From: Ktedonobacterales bacterium
GTDB lineage: Bacteria > Chloroflexota > Ktedonobacteria > Ktedonobacterales > JADMIN01
Direction: 5' to 3'
Assembly (NCBI GenBank): GCA_030167145.1
Contig: CP126532.1
Coordinates: 3,690,001 to 3,722,000, forward strand
DNA: 32,000 nt
Shown: piece after piece, positions 8,333 through 16,917 of the stretch
Numbering within the stretch: position 1 is the first letter of the stretch
How the letters are laid out: each line of letters begins with the position of its first letter
The notes under the pieces: model-generated
Told to the model about the DNA's origin: nothing
What the model saw: only the letters and a program-made list of their open reading frames with translations
Databases searched by the model: none
Translations under genes and position numbers: made by a program

Positions 8333-8566
8333 GAATGGACAGGAAGCCTGGACGACACGCTGCCTACCTGTGCTTCAAAAGATGTCCGCGAAGCCCAGTT
8401 TGAGCGCTGAAATGCCATATTGCGCAGGGAGAGATCGGAAATGTGTCGACCGATTGATGTCAAGAAGGTATATAAAGTATGTGCGAATATGTGGACAGAT
8501 GAGCGGGAACCCAAAAACCCGTCCATGAATGCATGACATTCCTTAATCACCAGGAGATACTACACC

Positions 8567-9142
8567 ATGAGCGATACCCACGACCACGAAGACTACCTTG
8601 CCGAACTACGCAACTACCGCCGCCAGAAAGACGCGGCCTTCCGCGACGACCCAGGCTCGCCGATTCCCGCCGATGAGCGGCGCGGCGGCTTCACTGGGCT
8701 GCGTTACTTCGATCCTGACCCCGCCTACCTCGTGCAGGCGGAACTCATCCCCTTCGAGGAACCCGAAGTCGCCATCCTTGGCTCGACCAAAGGCGACCTG
8801 CGCGAGCAACTGCGCTTCGGCGAACTGCGCTTCACGCTCGCTGGCGAATCCTGCCGCCTCACCGCATTCAAGGACGCAGACGATCCCGATGCCGAGGAGA
8901 TCTTTGTGCCCTTCCGCGACGCCACCACTGGCAACGAGACCTACGGCGCGGGCCGCTACCTCGAAACCGAAGACCCCGCGCCCGACCACGGCCACGAGCC
9001 ACGAACCGTCACGCTCGACTTCAATCTGGCGTATTCGCCGTGGTGCGCGTACAACGTCGCCTATAGCTGCACGCTGCCCCCCGCTGAGAACAAGCTATCC
9101 GTCGCCGTCCGCGCGGGCGAGCAGACCTACAGTGACCATTGA
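8567..9142 (+). CDS. DUF1684 domain-containing protein
   Basis: AGGAG lies upstream of ATG 8567. The sequence includes FRDDPGSPIP...FTGLRYFDPDPAY and the C-terminal NLAYSPWCAYNVAYSCTLPPAENKLSVAVRAGE, which matches my recollection of the DUF1684 signature. Confidence 0.75.
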   Translation: MSDTHDHEDYLAELRNYRRQKDAAFRDDPGSPIPADERRGGFTGLRYFDPDPAYLVQAELIPFEEPEVAILGSTKGDLREQLRFGELRFTLAGESCRLTAFKDADDPDAEEIFVPFRDATTGNETYGAGRYLETEDPAPDHGHEPRTVTLDFNLAYSPWCAYNVAYSCTLPPAENKLSVAVRAGEQTYSDH

Positions 9143-9217
9143 TCGAGCGCTTATCCGATTGATTCCAAAACGGAAATGCGTGAACAGCGCACGATTGCCC
9201 TAAGGAGCAGCACTGCT

Positions 9218-10162
9218 ATGGAGACGATGCGAGCTGTCGGGATACGTAGCCGCACAAACCCGGACGAACAGGTATATGTGAGCCTGGCACGACCGCGGCC
9301 AGGAGATGGTGACGTGCTGGTGCATGTGCATGCCGCGGCACTCACCCCAACTGAGTTTTCGTGGCCGGGAACCTGGAAGACCCAGGCCGGCGCTGATCGT
9401 CCTTTTCCGGTCATCCCAGGCCACGAGTTCTCCGGTGTCGTCGCCGCGCTTGGCGCACACGTCAGTGACCTCGCCATAGGGGATGCCGTCTATGGATTCA
9501 ACGATTGGGATCAGCAAGGCGCGCAGGCTGAATATTGTCTTGCCCGGCCGCAGCAACTGGCGCCCCTACCCCAAACGCTCGATTTCGCTCAGGCAGCGGA
9601 GGCGCCGATCTCTGCCCTGACGGCATGGCAGGCGCTCTTCGATCACGCGCACCTTGAAGTTGGCCAAAACGTGCTGATTCATGGTGCAACAGGAGGCGTG
9701 GGCGCTTTTGCCGTGCAACTGGCTCGCTGGCGAGGCGCACACGTCATTGGCACAGCCTCAACCCCTAATGTGGGGTATGCTCATGATTTGGGCGCTAGCC
9801 AGGTAATAGACTACACCACCACGCGTTTCGATGAGGTAGTCCATGATATGGATGTTGTGCTGGATACCGTGGGCGGCGCGACGCTCACGCAGTCCTGGGA
9901 AGTGCTCAAGCCCGAAGGCGTCATCATCTCCATCGTTACACCAATCTCGCCGGAGCAGGCGGCGGCCCACAATAGGCGCGGCATCTTCTTCGTCGTAGAA
10001 CCCAAACGCGAGCAGCTTATAGAGATTGGCCGCCTGTTCGATGGTGGCGAATTGCGCCCACTGGTCGCGGCCATATACCCGCTGGATCAGGCGCGCGAAG
10101 CCTATGCACGGGCGCGAGCCGGACACCTGCGTGGCAAGGTAGTCTTGCAGATAGTTGGCTAA
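9218..10162 (+). CDS. NAD(P)H-dependent medium-chain dehydrogenase/reductase (quinone-oxidoreductase / zeta-crystallin-like)
   Basis: MDR motifs are present: PGHEFSGVV and the Rossmann motif IHGATGGVGAFAVQLARWRGAHVIGTAS. The C-terminus reads GHLRGKVVL. Start ATG 9218 follows TAAGGAG. Confidence 0.9.
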   Translation: METMRAVGIRSRTNPDEQVYVSLARPRPGDGDVLVHVHAAALTPTEFSWPGTWKTQAGADRPFPVIPGHEFSGVVAALGAHVSDLAIGDAVYGFNDWDQQGAQAEYCLARPQQLAPLPQTLDFAQAAEAPISALTAWQALFDHAHLEVGQNVLIHGATGGVGAFAVQLARWRGAHVIGTASTPNVGYAHDLGASQVIDYTTTRFDEVVHDMDVVLDTVGGATLTQSWEVLKPEGVIISIVTPISPEQAAAHNRRGIFFVVEPKREQLIEIGRLFDGGELRPLVAAIYPLDQAREAYARARAGHLRGKVVLQIVG

Positions 10163-10165
10163 TAT

Positions 10166-11779
10166 CTAGAATGTGCAGACCAGCGGCTTCGATGTGACGC
10201 GGCGTACCAGCGGGGCGAGCAGCCGCACGCCCTCGGCCAGCCGCTCTTCGTCGAGCGCGCCGAAGCCCAGCAGCAGCCCCGGCTGCGCCGCCGCGCGGTA
10301 ATGCGGGCTGAGCGGCGACAGCGCCAGCCCCACCGTGCGCGCCTCTTCCGTCAGCGCCATATCGTCCACGCCCGCTGGCAGCCGTGCCAGCAGATGAATC
10401 CCTGCCTCCGCCGGACCAATGCTCAGCATGTCGCCCAGTTCCGCGCGCAGCGCCGCCACCAGCGCATCGCGCCGCGCACGGTACAGCCGCCGCACCCGCG
10501 CCAGATGCCGGTCCAGTTCGCCCGCCTCGATAAAGCGCGCCACCGCCAGCGCATCGCGCCACGTGGGATGTCGGTCGCTCGCTGCCCGCGCCCGCGCCAC
10601 CGGCTCGATCAGCCAGCGCGGTAGCACCGCGTAGCCCAGCCGCATCGCCGGATAGAGCGCCTTCGAGAACGTGCCGAGATAGATCACCTCGTCACGGTCG
10701 TCCAGCCCGCGCAGCGCCTCCAGCGGCTGCCCTTCCAGCCGCAGGTCGCCATCGTAGTCGTCCTCCACCAGCACCACACCCGCGCGCCGCGCCCAATCCA
10801 GCAGGGCCACCCGCCGGTCCAGCGCCAACGTCACTCCCGTCGGATACTGGTGTGAGGGTGTTACCACGGCAATCTGCGGCGCGGTCGCTTTGCTGGTTGC
10901 CGCTGGATCGGGCAACATGTCTACCCGCAGGCCGCCGCCATCCACCGGCAGCGCCAGCAGCCGCGCGCCCTCTGCCAGAAACGCCGCATGAAAGCCGATA
11001 TAGCTGGGGTCTTCGACAATCAAGCTCTGCCCCGGCTCGACCAGCAGCCGCGCCAGCAACGCCAATATCTGTTGCACGCTGCCCGCCACCAATACCTGTT
11101 CCGGCTCGCACCGCACCGCCCGCGACCGCCGCAGCCACGCCGCGATGGCTGCACGTGTCTCCGCTGGCCCCAGCAGCGCATCCCACTTGCCCTCGCGCGC
11201 CGCGCTCTCCTGCGCTTCGGCGCGCCGTTCCGCGTGCCCATCGAGCGGATCCTGCCAGCCGACGACACGCCGCCAGCGCGCCCACGGAAACGCCTCTGCC
11301 GCGCCACTGTTCGGACGGAAGTCGTAGGGCGCGGGATCGGGATTGCCCGCGCCCAGCGTGGAAATCGTCGCGATGCGCCGCGCCCACGCCGTCAGGCGCA
11401 CCCGCTGTGGCGGCTGTGGCTCAGCCGGGGTATTCCTTGCTTCAACTTGCGGTGGTGTCTCCGTGCGCGTAGCATCACCAGCCTGCTCTTCGGCGGCAGC
11501 CACCTCCGCAAACACCGGCGCGACGAAGGTGCCCGCGCCGACACGCCCGTAGACGTAGCCCTCCGCGCGCAGCCACTCATACGCCGTGGAGACCGTCAGC
11601 CGCGCCACACCCAGTCGCCGGGCAAGGTCGCGCGTCGGCGGCAGCCGTTCCCCTGCGCGCAGCCGACCCGAAACGATGGCCGCGCGCATCTGCGCGTAGA
11701 TCTGGCGTGTCAATCCCTCCGGCGCTGATGCACTGGTATCCAGCGGCAGCAGCAAATCCACCGTCCGCGTATCGGTCAT
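10166..11779 (-). CDS. MocR/GabR/PdxR-type regulator: GntR winged-HTH fused to a fold-type-I aminotransferase-like PLP domain
   Basis: The N-terminal wHTH is TRQIYAQMRAAIVSGRLRAGERLPPTRDLARRLGVARLTVSTAYEWLRAEGYVYGRVGAGTFV. A long linker follows, then an aminotransferase domain with the PLP-lysine context LGTFSKALYPAMRLGYAV. I trimmed the start to ATG 11779. The 134-aa upstream extension in the ORF track is not protein-like. Confidence 0.9.
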   Translation of the reverse strand: MTDTRTVDLLLPLDTSASAPEGLTRQIYAQMRAAIVSGRLRAGERLPPTRDLARRLGVARLTVSTAYEWLRAEGYVYGRVGAGTFVAPVFAEVAAAEEQAGDATRTETPPQVEARNTPAEPQPPQRVRLTAWARRIATISTLGAGNPDPAPYDFRPNSGAAEAFPWARWRRVVGWQDPLDGHAERRAEAQESAAREGKWDALLGPAETRAAIAAWLRRSRAVRCEPEQVLVAGSVQQILALLARLLVEPGQSLIVEDPSYIGFHAAFLAEGARLLALPVDGGGLRVDMLPDPAATSKATAPQIAVVTPSHQYPTGVTLALDRRVALLDWARRAGVVLVEDDYDGDLRLEGQPLEALRGLDDRDEVIYLGTFSKALYPAMRLGYAVLPRWLIEPVARARAASDRHPTWRDALAVARFIEAGELDRHLARVRRLYRARRDALVAALRAELGDMLSIGPAEAGIHLLARLPAGVDDMALTEEARTVGLALSPLSPHYRAAAQPGLLLGFGALDEERLAEGVRLLAPLVRRVTSKPLVCTF

Positions 11780-11920
11780 TGGTCTAATCACCTTCAACAA
11801 AACCGGCTCTTGCGCCAGTCCATTTCCTCTCGTTACCATAGCACACGAGGGCTGCGCGCGACAAACGCAGGCGCGCGACGGCGTGCAATGATGCGGAAGA
11901 ACCGTGGAGGATGCAGAACG

Positions 11921-12553
11921 ATGGCAAGCACACAACCAGACGAAGACGATACCGCACCGACCAATGAAGAGGCGCAGGTTGGCGCGGGTCCGCGTGCGCG
12001 CATCCGCCGCCACCCGGAGCGCGCCGTACCCGAACGCACAGATGAGATTCTGCGCGCGGGCCGTGTGGCCCATGTTGGCTTCGCGGTGGAGGGCCAGCCG
12101 TTCGTCATCCCGCTGATGTATCTGTACGAAGATTGCATCATCTACTTGCACGGTGCGCCCGCCAGCCGCACTCTCCAGCAATTGCGCTCAGGCACACCCG
12201 TTTGCATCGAGGTGACGCTGATGGATGGCCTCGTCGCCTCGCGCGACGCCAAGAGCCACTCGATGAACTACCGCAGCGCCATCGTCTTTGGCACGGCGAC
12301 GCCCATCACCGGCCTAGAGGAAAAGCGTGCCATGTTCGAGCGATTGATCCAACGCAACTTCCCTGGCAGAACCGCTGGAATTGACTATCTTCCCGCGCGC
12401 GAGGGCGATCTGCGCGCCGTCGAGGTGGTAGCCGTGAAGATTGAGGACTACAACGCCAAGACGCGCTCCGGCCCACCGCTGGGTACGCACGACGCCGAAG
12501 AAGATGGCCCCGGCTCGCGCTTCGTAGTCCCGCTCCCTGGCATTGACGCCTAG
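11921..12553 (+). CDS. Pyridoxamine 5'-phosphate oxidase (PNPOx)-like FMN-binding split-barrel family protein
   Basis: The sequence RIRRHPERAVPERTDEILRAGRVAHVGFAVEGQPFVIPLMYLYEDCIIYLHGAPASR is typical of the COG3467-type PNPOx-like family. Start ATG 11921 follows GGAGG. It is divergent from the MocR regulator. Confidence 0.8.
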   Translation: MASTQPDEDDTAPTNEEAQVGAGPRARIRRHPERAVPERTDEILRAGRVAHVGFAVEGQPFVIPLMYLYEDCIIYLHGAPASRTLQQLRSGTPVCIEVTLMDGLVASRDAKSHSMNYRSAIVFGTATPITGLEEKRAMFERLIQRNFPGRTAGIDYLPAREGDLRAVEVVAVKIEDYNAKTRSGPPLGTHDAEEDGPGSRFVVPLPGIDA

Positions 12554-12678
12554 AGACCACTCCGAAACACCAGGCGATGGCAATATGCGGTTGACTCGCC
12601 CTCTGTCATCGAGACAGTGATGCGGGCAGGTCTCATATATCAGGAACTCAGAAGGTTTTTCATCGCTGGAGGCGAGAT

Positions 12679-13539
12679 ATGCCGACGAGTAGCGTACAGC
12701 TTGCCGTGACGTTCACCGAGTTCATAGCGGCCTTAACGGGTCATGCAGTCGAAGATCTGCCGGTCCCAGAGGAGTCCGGCTCCGAGTGGCGCGATGTCCT
12801 CGACTTATGGCTCGCGCAGCACGACTTTGGCCTCGTGCCTGTGGCGCAACCGTACACCTTTAACTGGGCCGGTCACTGGATTGGGATCGTTGATGCATCA
12901 GAGGTGGGCACAGGCGCAGTCGCCGTCCTCCTCTTTGGGACACCGTCCGCGGTAATTGCGAGTCCGACCGCGCCTGTGCTGATCGGCAAGGCGGTCGAAG
13001 AGCTGCGATTCCAGGAGAGCTTCGTGCTGGCGCCCTTCCAGCCGCTCAAGTCGGAGACCAGTCAAACACCACGCCGGTCAGGCGAGGTTGTGGGCATCTA
13101 TCTCGCTCAGGTGAAGACCTTGCCCATGCAGTCGGTGCAGGTGGCGACGGCGCTCGCGGGGCGCGGACTCTTGGGTGATCGCTACGCCGCCAAGGCGGGC
13201 ACCTTCAGCCCCCAGTCGGATAAACTTCGGGGCTACGACCTCACGCTTATCGAAAGCGAGGTGCTGGATCGCCTGACGCTGCCAGATGGCTCTCACCTTG
13301 CACCTGAGGAGACGCGCCGCAATGTCGTCACGCGAGGCATTGACCTGAATGCCCTCGTCGGGCGCGAGTTCCACATTGGATCGGTGCGCGCGTTCGGACA
13401 GCGCCTGTGCGAACCGTGCGTGCATCTTCAGCATCTCACCCGGCCGGGAGTGGTGGCGGGACTGGTCCACCAGGGTGGGCTGCAGGCCGACGTGCTGACC
13501 GATGGGGAGATTCGTGTTGGTGATGGCATCACGGCGTGA
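12679..13539 (+). CDS. MOSC domain-containing protein with an uncharacterised ~130-aa N-terminal domain
   Basis: The C-terminal half reads LLGDRYA...YDLTLIESEVLDRL...EETRRNVVTRGIDLNALVGREFHIGSVRAFGQRLCEPCVHL...GGLQADVLTDGEIRVGD. This is the MOSC beta-barrel with its conserved Cys. GGAGG lies 6 nt upstream of ATG 12679. Confidence 0.8.
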   Translation: MPTSSVQLAVTFTEFIAALTGHAVEDLPVPEESGSEWRDVLDLWLAQHDFGLVPVAQPYTFNWAGHWIGIVDASEVGTGAVAVLLFGTPSAVIASPTAPVLIGKAVEELRFQESFVLAPFQPLKSETSQTPRRSGEVVGIYLAQVKTLPMQSVQVATALAGRGLLGDRYAAKAGTFSPQSDKLRGYDLTLIESEVLDRLTLPDGSHLAPEETRRNVVTRGIDLNALVGREFHIGSVRAFGQRLCEPCVHLQHLTRPGVVAGLVHQGGLQADVLTDGEIRVGDGITA

Positions 13540-13581
13540 GTGCGGGCCTTCACTTCTTTTCGCCTACCAGATGAGGACCAT

Positions 13582-14022
13582 ATGATTGAGATCAGCAAGC
13601 TTGAGCCGTCCGATAGAGATGCCTGGGAAACGCTGTTCCGTGCTTACATCACCTTCTATCAGCGGGTTGAGCCGCATGAAATGTATGAGCGGGCATGGGA
13701 TGAATTTCAGGCGGACACGCATCTGCACGCTTTTGGGGCGCGACTCGATGGCAGGCTCGTAGGGATCACTCACTTCTTCATCCATCCCAGCACCTCAGGT
13801 CCCGATGTCTGCTATCTCCAGGATCTGTTCACTGCCTCAGATGTCCGCGGGCAAGGCATCGGTCGCGCATTGATTGCCGCCGTGGTGGATTGGGCCAGAG
13901 CGCGCCACTGTGCTCGCGTCTACTGGCTCACCCAGGCGTCCAACGACACAGCGCGGCGTCTCTACGACAAGGTTGCCGAAAATCGTGGCTTCATCCGCTA
14001 TCAGATAGAATTGCCGCGCTAG
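13582..14022 (+). CDS. GNAT-family N-acetyltransferase
   Basis: The acetyl-CoA motif A is LFTASDVRGQGIGRALIAAVVDWAR, and the C-terminus reads ARRLYDKVAENRGFIRY. The start is taken as ATG 13582 (MIEISKLEP...). An in-frame GTG at 13540 directly abuts the MOSC stop. Confidence 0.85.
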   Translation: MIEISKLEPSDRDAWETLFRAYITFYQRVEPHEMYERAWDEFQADTHLHAFGARLDGRLVGITHFFIHPSTSGPDVCYLQDLFTASDVRGQGIGRALIAAVVDWARARHCARVYWLTQASNDTARRLYDKVAENRGFIRYQIELPR

Positions 14023-14061
14023 GGGCAGACCCTTGGATACATGCCTGGGGAAGCGACTCGT

Positions 14062-15375
14062 CTACTCTGGCCGCTGTGCTGACGTCTGCTCCAGCTTTGC
14101 TAGCCAGAGCGAGACGTGCGCGGGTCGCATCGTCTCATGCACCGCCGCCACGAGATGTTCGCTCAATTCGGTCAGGTCCACCTCATGGCGCAGCGTCTCG
14201 CTGAACGCTTCCAGCGTCCGCACCGCATCGTATTTCGCGCGATAGAACCGGCGGTCAATCGTCTGCTGGATACGGCGGCGCAACGGCTGGAACAGCGCGG
14301 CGATCAGCAGTGTCGAGACGACGATGGCCAGCGTGGATGCGCCCTGGCCGATGAGGACGCGCGAGACTATCCGCTGCAAGCCGATTACGCTGCCCACGTA
14401 GACCAGCGCCAGTATCGCCGTCAGCGAGGAATAGACCAGCGCGCGATTGATAAGAATGTCTATGTTGTACAGCTTGTAGCGCAGGATGGCGATGCCGAAC
14501 GACAGCGGTATCAGTGTCGTCACCAACGGCCACAGCGCCGCCTGGAACACAATCGCGGATGAGTTGGGGTCATTGAAGATGGGGATGAAGGGCAGGATAA
14601 ACCAGCGCACAAGGTTGACCAGAATGACGATGCACAGCGCGAACACCACCCATTTCGTTTGCTGGCGCTGCGTGAAGGTGGACACCGCGCGATAGCGATA
14701 CACCTGCACAAAGAGCATGCTTACGTAGATCGTAAAATACCAGGCGTAGGAGATGATTTCTTCGGCGAGCGAACTGCTTACCATGATGGAAAGGAACATC
14801 GCTACCAGGGTCACGAGCGCCAGCCAGCGTGTCCAGCGCGGCACGAAACGCCCATCCGGAAAGGTCAGGACGGTGAGATAGAGGAGAAAAAAGAAGAAGC
14901 CGCTCATGATGTTCGCTATGAACTGCCATTGACCAGGAACGCTGCGAACGAGCGCATTCAGATTCTCAACGCCGAAGACCATCAGCAGCAGCGAGACCAG
15001 CAAGCCGATGCGGTCCCCAGACTTGCGCCAGAACACGAGGACGCCGACGGCACACGCGATGAGTGTGCCGAAGACGCTGATCCCCACCATCATCGCCGCG
15101 TAGTGCGATGTGGTGATCCCCGCGCCGAGCAGCGCATGCGCCTGTTGGGCGGTGAGCTGCCCCGCCTCTGGGCTACAGGTATCGCCAGCGCACGTCGTCC
15201 GCAATATCTGGGCATAGGTCGGCAACATTGCGACGTACAGCCCCAGGTAGAGCGTCACCAGCGTCACCCAGCCGAGACGCGCCAGCAACAGCACCTTGCC
15301 GCGCAGATGCGGCTCTGTCTCAAGCGTGGTCTGCGCGCCCACTGGCGTAGGCAGCGCCGTCTCATGAGCAGCCAT
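14062..15375 (-). CDS. Polytopic membrane protein (about 10 TM) with a conserved cytoplasmic C-terminal RRFYRxKYDA module and no kinase domain
   Basis: Hydrophobic helices run throughout. The C-terminus reads LFQPLRRRIQQTIDRRFYRAKYDAVRTLEAFSETLRHEVDLTELSEHLVAAVHETMRPAHVSLWL. I recall this module at the N-terminal side of some sensor kinases. No H-box or ATPase motifs are present here. Confidence 0.7.
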   Translation of the reverse strand: MAAHETALPTPVGAQTTLETEPHLRGKVLLLARLGWVTLVTLYLGLYVAMLPTYAQILRTTCAGDTCSPEAGQLTAQQAHALLGAGITTSHYAAMMVGISVFGTLIACAVGVLVFWRKSGDRIGLLVSLLLMVFGVENLNALVRSVPGQWQFIANIMSGFFFFLLYLTVLTFPDGRFVPRWTRWLALVTLVAMFLSIMVSSSLAEEIISYAWYFTIYVSMLFVQVYRYRAVSTFTQRQQTKWVVFALCIVILVNLVRWFILPFIPIFNDPNSSAIVFQAALWPLVTTLIPLSFGIAILRYKLYNIDILINRALVYSSLTAILALVYVGSVIGLQRIVSRVLIGQGASTLAIVVSTLLIAALFQPLRRRIQQTIDRRFYRAKYDAVRTLEAFSETLRHEVDLTELSEHLVAAVHETMRPAHVSLWLAKLEQTSAQRPE

Positions 15376-15602
15376 CCGCGTTGGTCCTTTCGCCCGCTAG
15401 CTCAGCCGTGCTTCCGGCTGCCGGGGCATTCGGCGCCTATCCGCGATCATTACTCGCATGTCTCATCTCTCTTCCAGTCTACCCTATGCAGCGTTACGAG
15501 GATGTTACGGCGAGCGTTACGGTTGCGCCAATCGCGCCCGCCCGCTTGTAGACCGCACTCGCCGCCCTGTGTTACGCTGAAAGATGTGCGCCCGATGTTG
15601 AT

Positions 15603-16619
15603 GTGGCGCGATTCCTGGCACATGTGGAGGGTGATGTGGCGGCTACCCCACGGATTGAGAGAGCGACACCCGACGATCTGGATACCCTGCTCAGCATACG
15701 CGCGTCGCTCGGCTGGACACGACATGCCAACCTGCTGCGCTCCATGCTGGCCTGGGACGGCGGGCGGGTATTCGTGGTCCGCGAGGGCGAAGTGTATCCC
15801 GATAGTACGACTCCACACCTGCCCGCCGCGACCACCGCCGCCATCGCCACGGGCAGCGTCGGCGTCATCGGCAATGTGGTGGTGCGCCCAGAGTTCCAGC
15901 GGCGCGGGCTGGCAAAATTGGTGATGCGCGCCGCCCTCGATTGGATGCGCGAGCGGGGCGTGCGCGCGGCCCTGCTCGACGCCACCAAGTCCGGTCATCC
16001 GCTCTATGCCAGCCTAGGCTTCCGCGATATCGCACGCTCCTGGTTCGCCGATACCTCAGTGAGCGCCGTCAGCCGCGACGCGCTGCGACGCCTGGCGCGG
16101 CCCATCGCCATCACGCAGGCGCGACCCGAAGATATAGGGCGTATCGCCGCGCTCGATGCCGAAGCCTTCGGTGGCGACCGCACGGCGCTACTTGCGCCGC
16201 TCGCGCGCATCCCCGGCGCGGCGCTCTATCTCGCCGCAACAGGCGCAACAGTTGAAGGCTATCTGCTCGTCCGCCCGCTTGAGACGCCAAAAGCTGGCAT
16301 CCGCGTCGGCCCGTGGATTGCCCGCGACACCGTCACCGCGGCGGCGCTGCTCTCCGCCGCGCTTGCCAGCGACGCGCCTTGGCGCGAATTTCTCGGCGTG
16401 GTAGGCAACGCCGACGCGGAATTGCTCATCTCGCCACCGGGCACGAACCCGGCCGCGCTGAATCTCCTGCTTGACGCGCGCATAGACCTGACCAAAGATG
16501 ACGTGATTATGCAGTGTGATCTGGCTCTGCCCACTGATGAGCCTGCGCCCGCCCCACCACCTCCGCCACCCGGTCGCCAGGAATGGATCTACGCATGGAC
16601 TGCCCCGATGGTCTTCTGA
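15603..16619 (+). CDS. Two-domain GNAT-family acetyltransferase (N-terminal GNAT plus a YitH-like C-terminal domain)
   Basis: Motif A is VVVRPEFQRRGLAKLVMRAALDWMRERG, followed by HPLYASLGF. The second half resembles a GNAT-associated C-terminal domain. The tail is proline-rich (PAPAPPPPPPG). The start (GTG 15603) is uncertain. Confidence 0.8.
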   Translation: MARFLAHVEGDVAATPRIERATPDDLDTLLSIRASLGWTRHANLLRSMLAWDGGRVFVVREGEVYPDSTTPHLPAATTAAIATGSVGVIGNVVVRPEFQRRGLAKLVMRAALDWMRERGVRAALLDATKSGHPLYASLGFRDIARSWFADTSVSAVSRDALRRLARPIAITQARPEDIGRIAALDAEAFGGDRTALLAPLARIPGAALYLAATGATVEGYLLVRPLETPKAGIRVGPWIARDTVTAAALLSAALASDAPWREFLGVVGNADAELLISPPGTNPAALNLLLDARIDLTKDDVIMQCDLALPTDEPAPAPPPPPPGRQEWIYAWTAPMVF

Positions 16620-16649
16620 CCCTCCGATATGACCGTCGAGGAATCGGCC

Positions 16650-16820
16650 CATAACGGCGGCTTCGATGCTCACAAGCGGGTAAAGGGACTCCAAGCACCA
16701 TTTGCTTGTGGATACGCCTGGCATCGCGCTGTGCTCCTATGTGACGCCCGCAAATATACATGATACGCAAGACGCCCGCAGGCTCTACCTCCAGTACCGC
16801 ACCATGCGACGGATGGTATA
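16650..16820 (+). pseudogene. Relic fragment of an IS5/IS4-type DDE transposase (frameshifted, about 55 codons)
   Basis: One frame reads NGGFDAHKRVKG. After a 1-nt frame change it continues SKHHLLVDTPGIALCSYVTPANIHDTQDARRL, then reaches a stop. This mirrors the conserved IS5-family block GYDxGKKVKGRKRHxLVDTxGLxLxxxVxxANxxDxxxA. I saw no intact transposase and no terminal inverted repeats. Confidence 0.55.
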
Positions 16821-16917
16821 GGACTTGCCAACACCTCTGAAGGAGCAAGAGAACCGACCCGAACTGCATGGAGATGCCCGTGCCAGCGACTGAGCAGATA
16901 CGCAACAAGGGGGTCGC

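Noticed and set aside
8329-8550. The 73-aa minus-strand ORF in the AT-richer intergenic region
   Set aside because: It has no RBS, no motif, atypical composition and low GC3. I treated the region as non-coding, and it is reported as a low-interest finding.
10017-11728. ORFs 10017-10562(-), 10692-11387(-), 10852-11472(+) and 10988-11728(+)
   Set aside because: They are Ala/Gly/Arg-rich alternative-frame or antisense ORFs lying entirely inside the well-supported MocR coding region.
11780-12181. The 134-aa N-terminal extension of the 671-aa ORF (MocR gene)
   Set aside because: The extension (MLESAAGGRTVQVDD...CACHRSASS...) has no protein-like character and runs antisense through the PNPOx gene start. 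The GntR wHTH begins right after the internal ATG at 11779.
14659-15998. The 421-aa plus-strand ORF and the 182/138-aa minus-strand ORFs
   Set aside because: They are antisense to the polytopic membrane protein and the GNAT gene respectively. Their composition is Arg/His/Gln-rich with no motifs.
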